DNA from: Mobula hypostoma
Taxonomy: Eukaryota
Assembly (NCBI RefSeq): GCF_963921235.1
Contig: NC_086097.1
Location: forward strand, 207,268,001-207,332,000
DNA: 64,000 nt
Direction: 5' to 3'
The position numbers and the translations under genes were made by a program. The notes under the pieces are model-generated. The model was not told the DNA's origin. It searched no databases and was given only the letters and a program-made list of their open reading frames with translations. This document shows, one piece after another, positions 24,891 through 37,060 of the stretch (the first letter of the stretch is position 1; each line of letters opens with the position of its first letter).

Positions 24891-26056
24891 AGGTCTCCCC
24901 CCCATCTCTTTTGGCTCCACATATAGTTTATTCTAATCTTCCAGAGGACTGATTTTGTCCCTTGCTCTCAAGATATCTGTAGAAACCCTAAGGATTTGCC
25001 TTCACCTTGTCTGCTAGGGCAACCTTGTGTCTTCTTTTAGCCCTCCAGATTTCATTCTTGAATTTCTCTCTTGTATTTCTTATACTCTACAAGTACCTCA
25101 CTTGGTCCTACCTGCCTATACCTACTATGTACCTCCTTCTTTTCTTAACCAGGGCTTCTATCTCTTGAAAACCAAGTTCGAGGTGTAATTTCCTTCTTTG
25201 ATCAAATAGAAAGCAGAGGTTCCAAGATTTTGGTCATTCATCCTAATACAAATCTAATTGCCAATTTAGTTATTCAATATTTCTGTGAAGTGTTTAGGAC
25301 ATATTGTTACCAATTAGGCACTATTCAAATATACGTCACAGCTACTGATTCATACATAATATTTCTGCAACTTTCTTCACTCTTTGACATGGTGCTAGAT
25401 TAATGCCATTTTATTTTTCAGATTTACATGCCAATAATTTCATGCGAACAGTGAATAGCCCAATTTATTAAGTTTAGTGATATTATTGGCCTGTTAAACC
25501 TAAACTGAAATGTTCAAGTAAATGTTGTTATATATGTTACCATATACAACCTGGAGATTTATTTTCTTGTGGGCATACTCAGCAAATCTATAGAATATTA
25601 ACTATAATAGGATCAATGAAAGATCAACTAGAGTGCAGAAGACAACAAACTGCCAATGCAAATATAAATAAATAGCAATAAATAACAAGAACATGAGATA
25701 ATGACATGAAGAGTCTTTAAAGTGAGATTATTAGTTGTAGGAATGTTTCAATGATGAGCGAGTAGTTATCCCCTTTTATTCAAGATCCTAATGGTTGAGG
25801 GGTAGTAACTGTTCTTGAACCTGGTGATGCTAGTCCTGAGGCTCTTGTGTGCTTTCTTCTTGCTGCTGCCATCAGGTAGAAGGTACAAGCATCTTCAGTT
25901 AAAGGATTAATATATTGCATTGGCTGCCATTAGGTGTTAGTTCCACTGGATTATAAGTAACTGCTTAAAATAATAGCAAACTGGGAGTTATTGAAATGTT
26001 TGCTGTGCTTGTCACATTACTCATTTCTACTGGTAGGATGAAGTGAAAATTCTTAC

Positions 26057-26127
26057 CTTCTTCGCCTGGCAATATTCTTTTTCTATTACTTTTCCAAGTA
26101 CCCATGGTCTCCTAGAAGAACCTGGAA
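26057..26127 (-). CDS. RB1CC1: RB1CC1 penultimate coding exon, (V)PGSSRRPWVLGKVIEKEYCQAKK
   Basis: ttgttag acceptor (alternative in-frame cag 6 nt downstream), gtaaga donor; matches RB1CC1 SRRPWVLGKVMEKEYCQAKK. Confidence 0.95.
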
Positions 26128-26596
26128 CTAACAAACAAGCAATTATTTTCCCTCATGGCAAAATTAATACCACAGAAGTCAGGTAAAGAGTGCTTTAAAA
26201 ATACACACACAGTTTAACAAAAGGCTTAAGTTTGGAGGATGAAAAGTACATTCCAAGGTTCAGTGATACCTTGGTTGAAACTATTAAAACAACAGGCTAC
26301 TTTCTTCCCCTAATATGAAAAGTATAAACAAGACTGCAGATTTGTATTGAACTTCAAAAGACATACTCAAACGATATGCAGTTATATAAACTGAGAAATC
26401 AGACTTCACGTGGTTATTTGAGTTATATAAATAGATTGTTTTTTCTTATTTGCTTATAGTTTGATAGAAAGTTTTGTTGCACATCAATAATAAGGACCAA
26501 AGCGTACACCAAATAATATGCAAGAAATAGAAATGAAGTGGTTTTCCAGGTAGTCAAAGATATTCAAGATTAAACCAGTCAGTTTGTGCATATATA

Positions 26597-28119
26597 CAGT
26601 GACATGCAAAAGTCTGGGCACCCCTGTCAAAATTTCTGTTACTGTGAATAGCTAAGCGAGTAAAAGATAACCTGATTTCCAAAAGGCATAAAGTTAAAGA
26701 TGACACATTTCTTTAATATTTTAAGCAAGATTACTTTCTTATTTCTATTTTTTACAGTTTAAAAATAACAAAAAAGGAAAAGGGCCCAAAACAAAAGTTT
26801 GGGCACCCTGCATGGTCAGTACTTAGTAACACCCCCTTTGGCAAGTATCACAGCTTGTAAATGCTTGCTGTAGCCAGCTAAGAGTCTTGCAATTCTTGTT
26901 TGGAGGATTTACTCCCATTCTTCCTTGCAAAAGGCTTCTAGTTCTGAGAGATTCTTGGGTCATCTTGCATGCACTGCTCTTTTGAGGTCTATCCACAGAT
27001 TTTCGATGATGTTTAGGTTGGGGGACTGTGAGGGCCATTGCAAAACCTTCAGCTTGCGCCTCTTAAGGTAGTCCATTGTGGGTTTTGAGGAGTGTTTAGG
27101 ATCATAATCCTGTGGTAGAAGCCATCCTTTTTTCATCTTCAGCTTTTTTTTTTGTGTTGTTTTTTTTTTTACAGACGGTGTGATGTTCTGCTTCCAGAAT
27201 TTGCTGGTACTTAATTGAATTCATTCTTCCCTCTAGCAGTAAATGTTCCCCGTGCCACTGGCTGCAACACAAGCCCAAAGCATGAGCGCTCCACCCCCGT
27301 GCTTAACAGTTGGAGAGGTGTTCTCTTCATGAAATTCTGCACCCTTTTTTCTCCAAACATACCTTTGCTCATTGCGGCCAAAAAGTTCTATTTTAACTTC
27401 ATCAGTCCACAGGACTTGTTTTCAAAGTGTATCAGGCTTGTTTAGGTGTTTCTTTGCAAACTTCTGATGCTTAATTTTGTGGTGAGGAGGCAGGAAAGAT
27501 TTTCTTCTGATGACTCTTCCATGAATGTCATATTTGTGCAGGTGTCGCTGCACAGTAGAACAGTGTACCACCACTCCAGAGTCTGCTAAATCTTCCCGAA
27601 GGTCTTTTGCAGTCAAACAGGGGTTTTGATTTGCCTTTCTAGCAATCCTACGAGCAGTTCTCTCGGAAAGTTTTCTTGGTCTTCCAGACCTCAGCTGTTC
27701 CTGTTAACTGCAATTTCTTAATTAAATTATGAACTGAGGAAACGGCTACCTGAAAATGCTTTGCTATCTTCTTATAGCCTGCTTTGTGGGCATCATTTAT
27801 TTTAATTTTCAGAGTGCTAGGCAACTGCTTAGAGGAGCCCATGGCTGCTGATTGTTGAGACAAGGTCTGAGGAATCAGGGTATTTATAAAGCTTTGAAAT
27901 TTGCATTACCTGGCCTTTCCTAATGATGGCTGTGAACAAATTATAACCCTAACAAGCTAATTAAGGTCTGAGACCTTGGTAAAAGTTATCTGAGAGCTCA
28001 AATCCCTTGGGGTGCCCAAAGAATGTTTCATCTTTAACTTTGACTTTTAGAGATCAGTTCATTTTCTACTCACTTAACTATTCACAGTAACAGAAATTTT
28101 GCCCACACTTTTGCCACTG
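26597..28119 (-). mobile_element. Tc1/mariner DNA transposon, IR/DR type, decayed transposase
   Basis: TA-flanked CAGTG...CACTG termini; internal direct repeats aaaagt(c/t)tgggcaccc at ~26608 and ~26793, inverted at ~28010; HTH transposase fragments in ORFs 27648..27863 and 27422..27616. Confidence 0.9.
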
Positions 28120-28151
28120 TATATATAAAAAAAACACAGGACCGATATATA

Positions 28152-28699
28152 CACTCAGTGGCCACTTTATTAGGTACCTCCTGAGTGTATGCTTGTGGTT
28201 TTCTACTAGTGTAGCCATTCCACCTCAGGGTTGGACAAGATGTGTGTTCAGAGATGCATACCACTGTTGTACCACGTGGTTACTTGAGTTACTGTAACGT
28301 TCCTGTCAGCTTAAACTGGTCTGGCAATTCTCCTCTGACTTCTCTTGAAAAACCTTGAAAAACAAGATGTTTTTGCCCACAGAAATGCTGCTCACTGAAT
28401 TTTTTTTTTAATTTTTCGCAACATTTCCTGTAAACTCTAGAGACTATTGTGCGTGAAAATCCCAGGAGATTGGCAGTTTCTGAGATAGTCAAAACATCCC
28501 ATTTGGCACCAACAATCATTCCATTGTCAACGTCACTTAGATCACATTTCTTCCCCATTCTGATGTTTGGTCTGAACAAAAGCCCCTTGAGTTTGTCTGC
28601 ATGTTTTTTTTTGCATTGAGCTGTTGCTGCATGATTTGCTGATTAGATATTTGCATTAACAAGGTATACAGGTGTGCCTAATTAAGTGGCCACTGAGAG
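28152..28699 (-). mobile_element. Non-autonomous Tc1-like element
   Basis: TIR CACTCAGTGGCCAC / GTGGCCACTGAGAG; ORF 28289..28579 MGKKCDLSDVDNGMIVGA...ISETANLLGFSRTIVSRVY (Tc1-type HTH). Confidence 0.82.
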
Positions 28700-28704
28700 T
28701 TCCA

Positions 28705-31190
28705 ACTGAAAAGATCTCATTAAGATTGAAAAAGTAGAGAGAAGATTTACAAGGATGTTGAAGGAACTTGAGGACCAGTTACAGATTTGGTGAAGACATA
28801 CAAAACTATGAAGGGAATAGATAGGATAAATGCAAGCGGGCATTTTCCACTGAGGTTGGATAAGAATAGAACTAGAGATCATAGGTTAAGGGTCAAAGGT
28901 GAATACTTAAAAGGAACCTGAGGGGGTGGACTTCACTCAGAGGGTGGTGCAATGTATGGAATGAGCTGAGCAGAAGTGGTGAATGTAGGTTCGATTGCAA
29001 CAGTCTCCTGTCCCAGGAGATTTTGTGGATGTAAACGGGACAGCCAGATGGCATGTTGCCTCCCAGGTGCCAGGTCAGGGATGTCTCAGATCACGTCCAC
29101 AATATTTTGGAGGGGGAGGGAGAGCAGCCAGATGTCTTGGTACCTATTGGTACCAATGACATAGGAAGGAAAAGCAAAGAGGTCCTGAAGAGAAAATTTA
29201 GAGACCTAGACAGAAAGCTGAGAAGCAGGACCTCCAGGATAGTAATTTTGGATTGCTACCTGTGCCACATGCCAGTGAGGATAGAAACAGGATGCTTTAG
29301 CAGATAGATGTGTGGCTAAGAAGCTGCTGCAGGGGTCAGGGCTTCAGTTTCTTGGATCATTGGGATCTCTTCTGGGGGAGGTATGACCTGTACAAAAGTG
29401 ACAGGTAGCACCTGAACACGTGGGGACCAACATTCTTGCAGGCAGGTTTGTTAGAGCAGTTGGAGAAGGTTCAAAATAACTTGGCAGGGGAGAGGCAACC
29501 AGAGTGAAGGGACTCAGGATAGGACGAATGGTGAAAAAACAATTATAGCGTACAGTCAGACTATCAGGCAGGGCAGGCAGATGATAGAACAAAATTGCAG
29601 CCAGCAGGGTGAGTCTCAGTGCATTAGGGATGCAGAATCAAAAGAGGTATTACATCTCAATGAATGGAGTACAAGAAGTAAAGTAGATGATCTTGTTGCA
29701 CTATTACAGATTGTTCGGTATGATGATGTGGCAATCATGGCTAAAGGCTGGATGTAGTTGGGAGCTGAATGCCCAAGGTGTTGTACCAGAAAGATAGGAA
29801 GGTAGGCACTAGGGGTGGTGTGGCTCTGCTGTTAAAGAATGGCATCAAATCAGTAGGAAGATGTGACATAGGATCAGAAGATGTTGAATCCTGTGTGTTG
29901 AGCTAAGAAACTGCAAAAGTAAAAGGACCCTGATAGCAGTTATATGCAGGCATCCTAACAGTAGCTGGGATGTGGACCACAGATTACAACAGGAAATAGA
30001 AAAGGTGTGTCAAAAGGGCAATGTTATGAGAGTCATGGCAAATTTCAACATGCAGGTCAATTGGGAAAATCAAGTTGGAAATGGATCTCAAGAAAATGAG
30101 TTTGTTGAATGCTCATGTGATGGCTTTTTAGGGCAGTCCGTTGGATCAGCTATGCTAGATTGGGTGTTATGTAATGATCAGGAGTTGATTTGAGAGTCTA
30201 AGATGAAAGAACCCTGGGGGGACAGTGATCATAAATGATTGACTTCAACTTGAAATTTGATAGGGAGAAAGTAAAGTCTGTCATAGCAGTATTTCAGTGG
30301 AGTAAAGGAAATTACAGTGGTATGAGAGAGGAGTTGGCCAAAGTAAATTGGAAGGAGCTGCTGGCAGGGATGACAGCAGAGCAGCAATGGTGGGAGTTTC
30401 GGGGGAAAAATGAGGAAGCTGCAGGATAAATGTATTCCAAAAACAAAGAAATACTCAAACGGCAAAATAGTACAACCGTGATAAGGAAAATCAAAGCTAA
30501 TGTAAAACCAAAAGAAAGGGCAGACAACAAAGCAAAAATTAGCAAGAAGATAAGGATTGGGAAGCTTTAAAAACTTACAGAAAACAATTAAAATCATTAG
30601 GAGGGAAAAGATGAAATATGAAAGCAGGCCAGCAAACAATATCAAAGTGGAAATTAAAAGCTTTTTCCAAGTATATAACAACAATAAAAGAGACTGGAGC
30701 TGCTATAGGACTGCGAGAAAATGAGGGTTCAGAGTAAGTTCATAAGGATGATTCATATGTTATCATACAAGGAATGTTTGACGGCTCTAGGTCTGTACTC
30801 ACTGGAAGTTAGAAGGATGTGGGGGGGGAGGAGAAGAGAGAGGGGATCTCATTGAAACCTTTCGAATATTGAAAGGCCTAGACAGAGTAGACTCTCTATG
30901 GTGGGGAGGGCACAGCCTCAGGATAGAGGGGTGTCCATTTAAAACAGATGCAGAGAAATTTCTTCAGCCAGTGGGTGGTGAATTTGTGGAATTTGTTACC
31001 ACAGGTAGCTGTGGAGGCCAGGTTGTTGGGTGTAATTAAAGCAGAGATTGATAGGTTTGTGATTGGACACAACATCAAAGGTTATGGGGAGAAGGCTGAG
31101 GAGGGGTATAAAGGATCAGCCATGATTGAATGGTGGAGCAGACTCTTTTGGCCACATGGCCTAATCCCACTCCTATGTCTTATGGTCTTA
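28705..31190 (+). mobile_element. Decayed CR1 LINE pieces (3' fragment, then ORF1 esterase, endonuclease, deleted RT, 3' end)
   Basis: ORF 29053..29307 with IGTNDIG (SGNH block); endonuclease remnants; NFFSQWVVNLWNLLP; tcttatgg tail. Confidence 0.85.
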
Positions 31191-31285
31191 TAAGCAGCTG
31201 CTGCCCCAATTAAGTGATGGCCAAATTAACTGGAATCCACTCTACTTCAATTATTCTAACATTAACTAAGATGGCAAATTATCAA

Positions 31286-32170
31286 GATAACTTCCTTGAT
31301 TAAAAAAGCATATAGGTCCTTAATGTAGCTCTGGAAAAACAGAGACACAGTATATTATGAGAAAATCTGTAGATGCTAGAAATCCAAGGCAACAAACACA
31401 AAATGCTGGAGGAATTCAGCAGGTTAGGCAGCATCTATGGAAATGTTTTGAGCCAAGATCCTCCTTCAGAATTAAGTTATTTTATTGAAGTTCATTTGGA
31501 GAATATTAATTGAATTAGAATAGGAAGTGTAAAGAACCAAGAACAACCAGGTTTAAAAATTAGTAAATAGCAAATATGTGTACAACAGGAATCCATTAAA
31601 AAGGCCATGTTTAGGTAAGAGGAAATTCCAAAAAAAAGCAGTGTCAAAAACTTAAAAATTTATGGATGGCCTTAAGATTGCCATTTAATGTCTACCCCAC
31701 ATCTAGAGGAGGGGATGAATTGCCTAATGATTTGTTGGTTTGGAATTAAAGGATTAATAGGAGGATGGACATATAACAGACTAAAGGAGATTCCAGGGAG
31801 TCAATACTTAATGTTTAATGTTTGGCATATTATTTATTGATAAATGTTAATGGACTGAATTTGCTACTTACTAATTTTTAAACCTGGTTGTTCCAGTTCT
31901 TCACAGTTCCTAGTCTAATTCAATTAATATTCCCGAAATGAACTTCAGTAAAATAACTTAATTCTGAAGAAGGATCTTGGCTCAAAACATGGACTGTTTA
32001 TTCATTTCCATAGATTCTGCCAGACCTGCTGAATTCCTCCAGTATTTTGTGTTTGTTGCTTTGGATTTCCAGCATCTGCAGATTTTCTCATGTTTCCATA
32101 ATATACTACGTTACTCTTTTTCCAGAGCTACATTAAGGACCTATTTGCTTTTTTAATCAAGGCAGTTATC
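31286..32170. repeat. Large inverted repeat, arms 31286-31575 and 31859-32170, each containing a PLE pLTR end
   Basis: Direct comparison, e.g. aggtccttaatgtagctctggaaaaa vs tttttccagagctacattaaggacct; aacaaccaggtttaaaaattagtaa vs ttactaatttttaaacctggttgtt. Confidence 0.9.
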
Positions 32171-33017
32171 CTGTAAATGCAAAAATTACCAATAATCTTT
32201 GTAAAAATGTATTATAGAGACTGTGGAGAACAGACAGAACAGGCATTAACATGCAGGTGAATTTTAATGCATAAAATCGTGCAATGATCAGAAGAAAAGC
32301 TAAAAACATACAATTTCAAAGGAACTGCAAAAGAAAACCCTTGCAGCTTCATGCACAAATCTTTCAACATAGAAAATTGAGAAGGCTTACAAGATGTTTG
32401 CTTTTTGAGAATGCTAATGAACACAAGAAATTGGTCAAATCTTCAGCACATTCATTTCTGAAGATTATGCTTTAAATATGGCTTTGTGAATCATTTTTAA
32501 AAGATGCAGTTGCATTTGCAAGAATGATTTACCAGAGTAAGGCCCAAAACAAGTAGAAAGACAAGAAAAGGTGGATCATTATCCTCAGTGAAAAGGAAAT
32601 CTAGAAATTTTTAAATTGTTCAAAAATCAAAACTATTTTTCAGGGGAATATAACTTGTTCAAGAGGAGACATTTAAGACAATAGGGAAAAGAGCTAAAGG
32701 TTGCACCAAGAATTTAATAAAAAAAGGTGTACAATATATTGATCTGAGGGAAGCAGATTCAACAATAACATTCAAGAGAGTTGGATAAACAAAAGGGGGA
32801 GGAGGTTGGGAAGATGAGGGGGAAAAAGGAGAGGATAATTTTACAACAGAGCCATTGAGCTAAATGGCTTCCATGGTACTACAGCTTTATCACAGTAAGA
32901 TGCAATATCTTTTCCCACAGATCCTCTTAATTAAAAATACAATTACAGATATGCTGAGAAATTGGTTCTGCAGGCAATAAACTGAAGTGCAAATTAAAGG
33001 TGGGCAAGCTGAACTGT

Positions 33018-33550
33018 CATGGAGTCATAGAAAAGTACAGCACAGAAACAGGCTCTTCAGTCCATCAAGGCTGTGCTGAATCATTTCAACTGCCTATTAC
33101 CATTAAACTTCACTGGCACCATTGCCTTCCATACCCTGACCATCCATGAACCTATCCAAACTTATCTAAACGTTGAAATCAAGTTTGCATGCACAGTCTC
33201 CCCTCAATCTTCTAAGCTCCAAGGGAAAAAACTCCTAACCTATTCAATCTTTCCTTATAACACAGGTCCCCCAGTCCTGACAACATTCTCGTAAATTTTC
33301 TCTGTACTCTTTCAATCTTATTTACATCTTTCTTGTCTGTAAATGACCAGAACTGCACACAGTACTCCAAATTAGGCCTCAGCAATGTTTTATACAACTT
33401 CAACATAACACCTCATCTCCTGTACTCAATACTTCGATTTATGAAGGCCAGTGTACCAAAAGCTTTCTTTACAACCCTGTGCCTCCAGTTTCAATGAATT
33501 ATGACTTGTATTCTCAGATCTATTTGTTCTACCACACTCCTCAGTGCCCT
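33018..33550 (-). mobile_element. CR1 3' fragment
   Basis: ORF 33212..33406 MLKLYKTLLRPNLEYCVQFWS. Confidence 0.85.
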
Positions 33551-33624
33551 ACATTATTAAAGTTTCTCAAACATTTAAAAATATTCAGATTACCACATAA
33601 TTATACAGGCACTAACATACACAT

Positions 33625-33820
33625 GCCGACCAGTGGCGCAGCTGCATCAGTATCTGACTTCAAGTCAAATGGTCCCAAGTTTGAATCTGGCCCGCCCCTT
33701 GCGTGCTTTCCATCCACGCTGGGTTGAGCGTCGAGCTAACTAGGCCTCATAAAGAAGATATAATGCTACAGAGGCCGCAAAAAAGCCACCTAATGCGCCA
33801 CAAGGCGTGAAAAGGAACAA
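33625..33820 (+). mobile_element. tRNA-derived SINE
   Basis: A-box-like TGGCGCAGCTG and B-box-like AGTTTGAATC in tRNA spacing, GC-rich body in AT-rich intron. Confidence 0.55.
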
Positions 33821-35388
33821 CTAATATACACACACTTATTTAGAATGTACACACAATTAACTAGATTTACTACAGTTCTAAAATGTAAAACATGCAAAAG
33901 TAAATTAATACAATGCTTCTCTGGTTAAAGTGTATTTTGTTTGCTTTCATATGAGATAGTCACAAAGCAGTAATATAACATGAACAACAGGCATAAAACA
34001 CCCTCACAGAACGAGGGCAGATAGACAGAATTTTATGTTCACTTGTCAAGGCAATAAGTAATTGTGGATTACTGATGCAGTTATTGCATTAGCATCTGAA
34101 GCCCTTATTTGACAATGTTTATCATAGCATTTAGATTGCTTAAGCCTGTATGATACTCTGCTACACCCACTCAGTTTTCACTTTACTTCTGTTTCCCAAA
34201 TGCTAGGGATTATATGCCTGATCTCTACTATATTATAAGCAGTCCCTTCACTGTTCCTTTTCTGTAACTTTGTTTTTCTACTCTTCCAGTTTGGAAATGT
34301 TAGCTCTAAATTTTCTCCCCAATGCTGCTGCCTGTTATGCTCTGTACCTCCGGCATCTTAACTTTTTATTTTAATACATACTTCTGTATTCATCAATTTA
34401 AGATATTATTTTCTCTTTACAGCTACTGCCTACTGATTTTGAGCATTTTGTTTTTATTCCAAGACTTGTTAAAGTCAAAGTGTCGATAAGTTAGAGGCTA
34501 TAATTAGGTGGAGCAAAAATTGGGAGTTCAGGCAATTAGTTTTAAACTTTTAGGAAAATATGTCAACTAACCTCCCATAATTGAAGATGTGGATGCAAAG
34601 AGTGCAGAATACAGAAAATAAATATGAGTTTTAATATTTGCTACAGGATGATCCCAATAAAGGAGACAGTTGTGGAAAACGAGGCATAATGCTCATCACT
34701 GTGAAGTCAGATTTAGAGATTAAGAACTGTATTGACACCTGAGATTCTTAAAATCAGTAGTTTGCATATGTGGAAGGTGTACAGGAAAATGAGAGCAACG
34801 GGAGATGAATGAACAACCAATGGAAGTATCTGCAAGTCAAGAACAGCAATAATCTTGAAGATCAGAGGAGTGTAAGTTAATTGATGAATGTTACATTAAT
34901 GAGGAAAGATAAAAAGGGCAAGTTTTAGATGATCTTCAGGATGGGGAATGTGAAAAAAGCTCTCCACATCAGAGTTTGAGGTCCAAAAAGTATCAAGCCT
35001 GAAAGTACAAGCACAGGTTTGATGGGGAAGATGACAGTTTGTACATGGAGAATGACAACAGTCAGCAGAAAGGGAAGAGGAAAAGCATATAAAGGTTAGA
35101 TTCTGAACAACTGCATAAAGACGGAAATCAGTAGTTGTGAGGTCACAACCAAGAAAATCAACATTACAGAGTAACCGCTTCTTCCACAGTGAGAGCTGTG
35201 CACATGCATCTTCAAAAGCATATACAGAATTGCTCTAAACTAATAAAATGCAAATGGAAAGATTATATTTAACTACTCTTTAAAGTTCTGCCCAAATCTA
35301 CAGGGTGCTCAAATAGCTGCACATCTATAAATTGTTTGACACCTCAAAACGTATTTGAACACACTAAAGCAATCTTAACATAATGGAA

Positions 35389-35486
35389 ACAACAGGAATT
35401 CTGCAGATGCTGGAAATTCAAGCAACACACATCAAAGTTGCTGGTGAACGCAGCAGGCCAAGCAGCATCTGTAGGAAGAGGTTTTT
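35389..35486 (-). mobile_element. Very short PLE family 1 3'-terminal insert
   Basis: pLTR tail only; 17-bp TSD atcttaacataatggaa at 35372-35388 and 35487-35503. Confidence 0.88.
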
Positions 35487-35519
35487 ATCTTAACATAATG
35501 GAATCTGTTTATCTCAACA

Positions 35520-37060
35520 GTATATAAAAATATACAGTGAGATAGTTTGTCTCCAGAGATGGGAAGCAAAAAGATCGAAAAAAAGGGGGAGTGTTGTCAG
35601 AAATGGACCAAGTGAACATAAGTGAATTTAAGGGCAGGGTGGAAGTTGGAGGCAAAGTTGATGAAATTGATGAGTTTAGCATGGCACATGAAGCAGTACC
35701 AGAGCTGTAAAAATTCAAAATTCGAAGTACATTTATTATCAAAACATGTATACTATATATAGCCTTGAGATTCATCTCCTTGCAGACAGCCATGAAACAA
35801 AGAAACATAATAGAAACCATTAAAAAGAGAAGGCTATAAGGCCAATGTGCAGGGGGGAAAAAAAATCATGCAATACAGGCAAGCAAATTGCATTTAGAAC
35901 TGAAGTTCACACAAGTGAATCCACAAACACGAAGCCAGCAGGCGATTCAAGAATCTGTTAGTTGCAGGCCAGAGCCTCAGTTCAACAGAGACAAATAAAC
36001 CTTATGAAGTAGTAAGCTGAACTGGCTCATTCCTTGGCTCCGGCCCCGAAACTCTGACCTTCTCATTCTGGCCCAGTGCTGAAATCATCCCAACCTCAAA
36101 TTGTTCCTTGCTCTCGGAACTGGGCCCTGTCACTTCAATATGCTCTTCGGGCCCTGCCATTTTGATTTGGCCCACACCTGACCTTTCCAATTCAGCCCAG
36201 CACTTAAATCGATCAAAGCTTGGACCTTGGACCAGTGCCCCACCTCGACTTCACCTCACCTTAGTTCTGCAGCATTGATACAGTTGTCAATGTAGCGCAG
36301 GAAGAGTTGGGGAGCATAACCGAGGAAAGGCTTGGAAAATGCTATTCCAGTTTCTCAATTCCTTCATCTCCACTGCATCTATTCCCAGGATAAGGCTTTC
36401 CTTCTTCAAAGAACAGGGCTTCCCCTTGCTCCACCACTGATGCTGCCCTAACGCACATCTCCTCCATTTCTCGGACATCTATGCTCACCCCATCTTCCCG
36501 CTGTGTTAACAGGTATAGAATTCCTCCTGTCCTCACCTACCATTGCATGAGCCTCTGCATCCAACATGATTTTCCGCAACTTCCGTCATCTTCAATGGGA
36601 TCCTACCACCAGACATCCATACCTCGCTCAAATTTTCCTCTTTCCACAGGGATTACTCCCTCCATGATTCCCTTGTCCACTTCGTCCCTCCCCACTAATC
36701 TCTCACCTGGCACATATCCCTGCAAGTGACAGAAGTATTACTGCCCATTCACCACCTTCTTACTCCATTCAGGATGCCAAACAGTCCTAGCTGAGGCAAC
36801 ACTTCATCTGTGAACCTGTTGGGCTTGGCTTATTGCTTATGGTGCTCGTGATGCAGCCTCTTCTACACTGGTGAGACTCGCTGTAAATTGAGGGACTGTT
36901 TTATCAAGCTCCTCCACTCCATCTGCCAAAAGCAGAACTTCGCAGTAGCCAACTAATTTAATTCCTATCCCCACTGGTATTCTGACATGTCGGTTCATGA
37001 TCTCCTCTTTTGTCACGATGAGGTCACTCTCAGGGTGAACCAGCAACACCTCATTCTGTT
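35520..37060. mobile_element. Old PLE with internal inversion, interrupted by another element (35712-36270)
   Basis: Minus-strand RT pieces (36275-36332 reading PQLFLRYIDNCI, and 35520-35705) followed by plus-strand RT end + GIY-YIG remnants 36335-37060. Confidence 0.7.

Larger units (their letters stand above)
24043..25180 (-). mobile_element. Older CR1 ORF2 fragments, interrupted by a PLE insert
   Basis: EILNGLFASVFT, DKSPVPDKVFPRILR and LLFLIYINNLD remnants. Confidence 0.7.

Noticed and set aside
33625..33700. Functional tRNA gene
   Set aside because: No convincing cloverleaf or acceptor stem; continues into a SINE-like body
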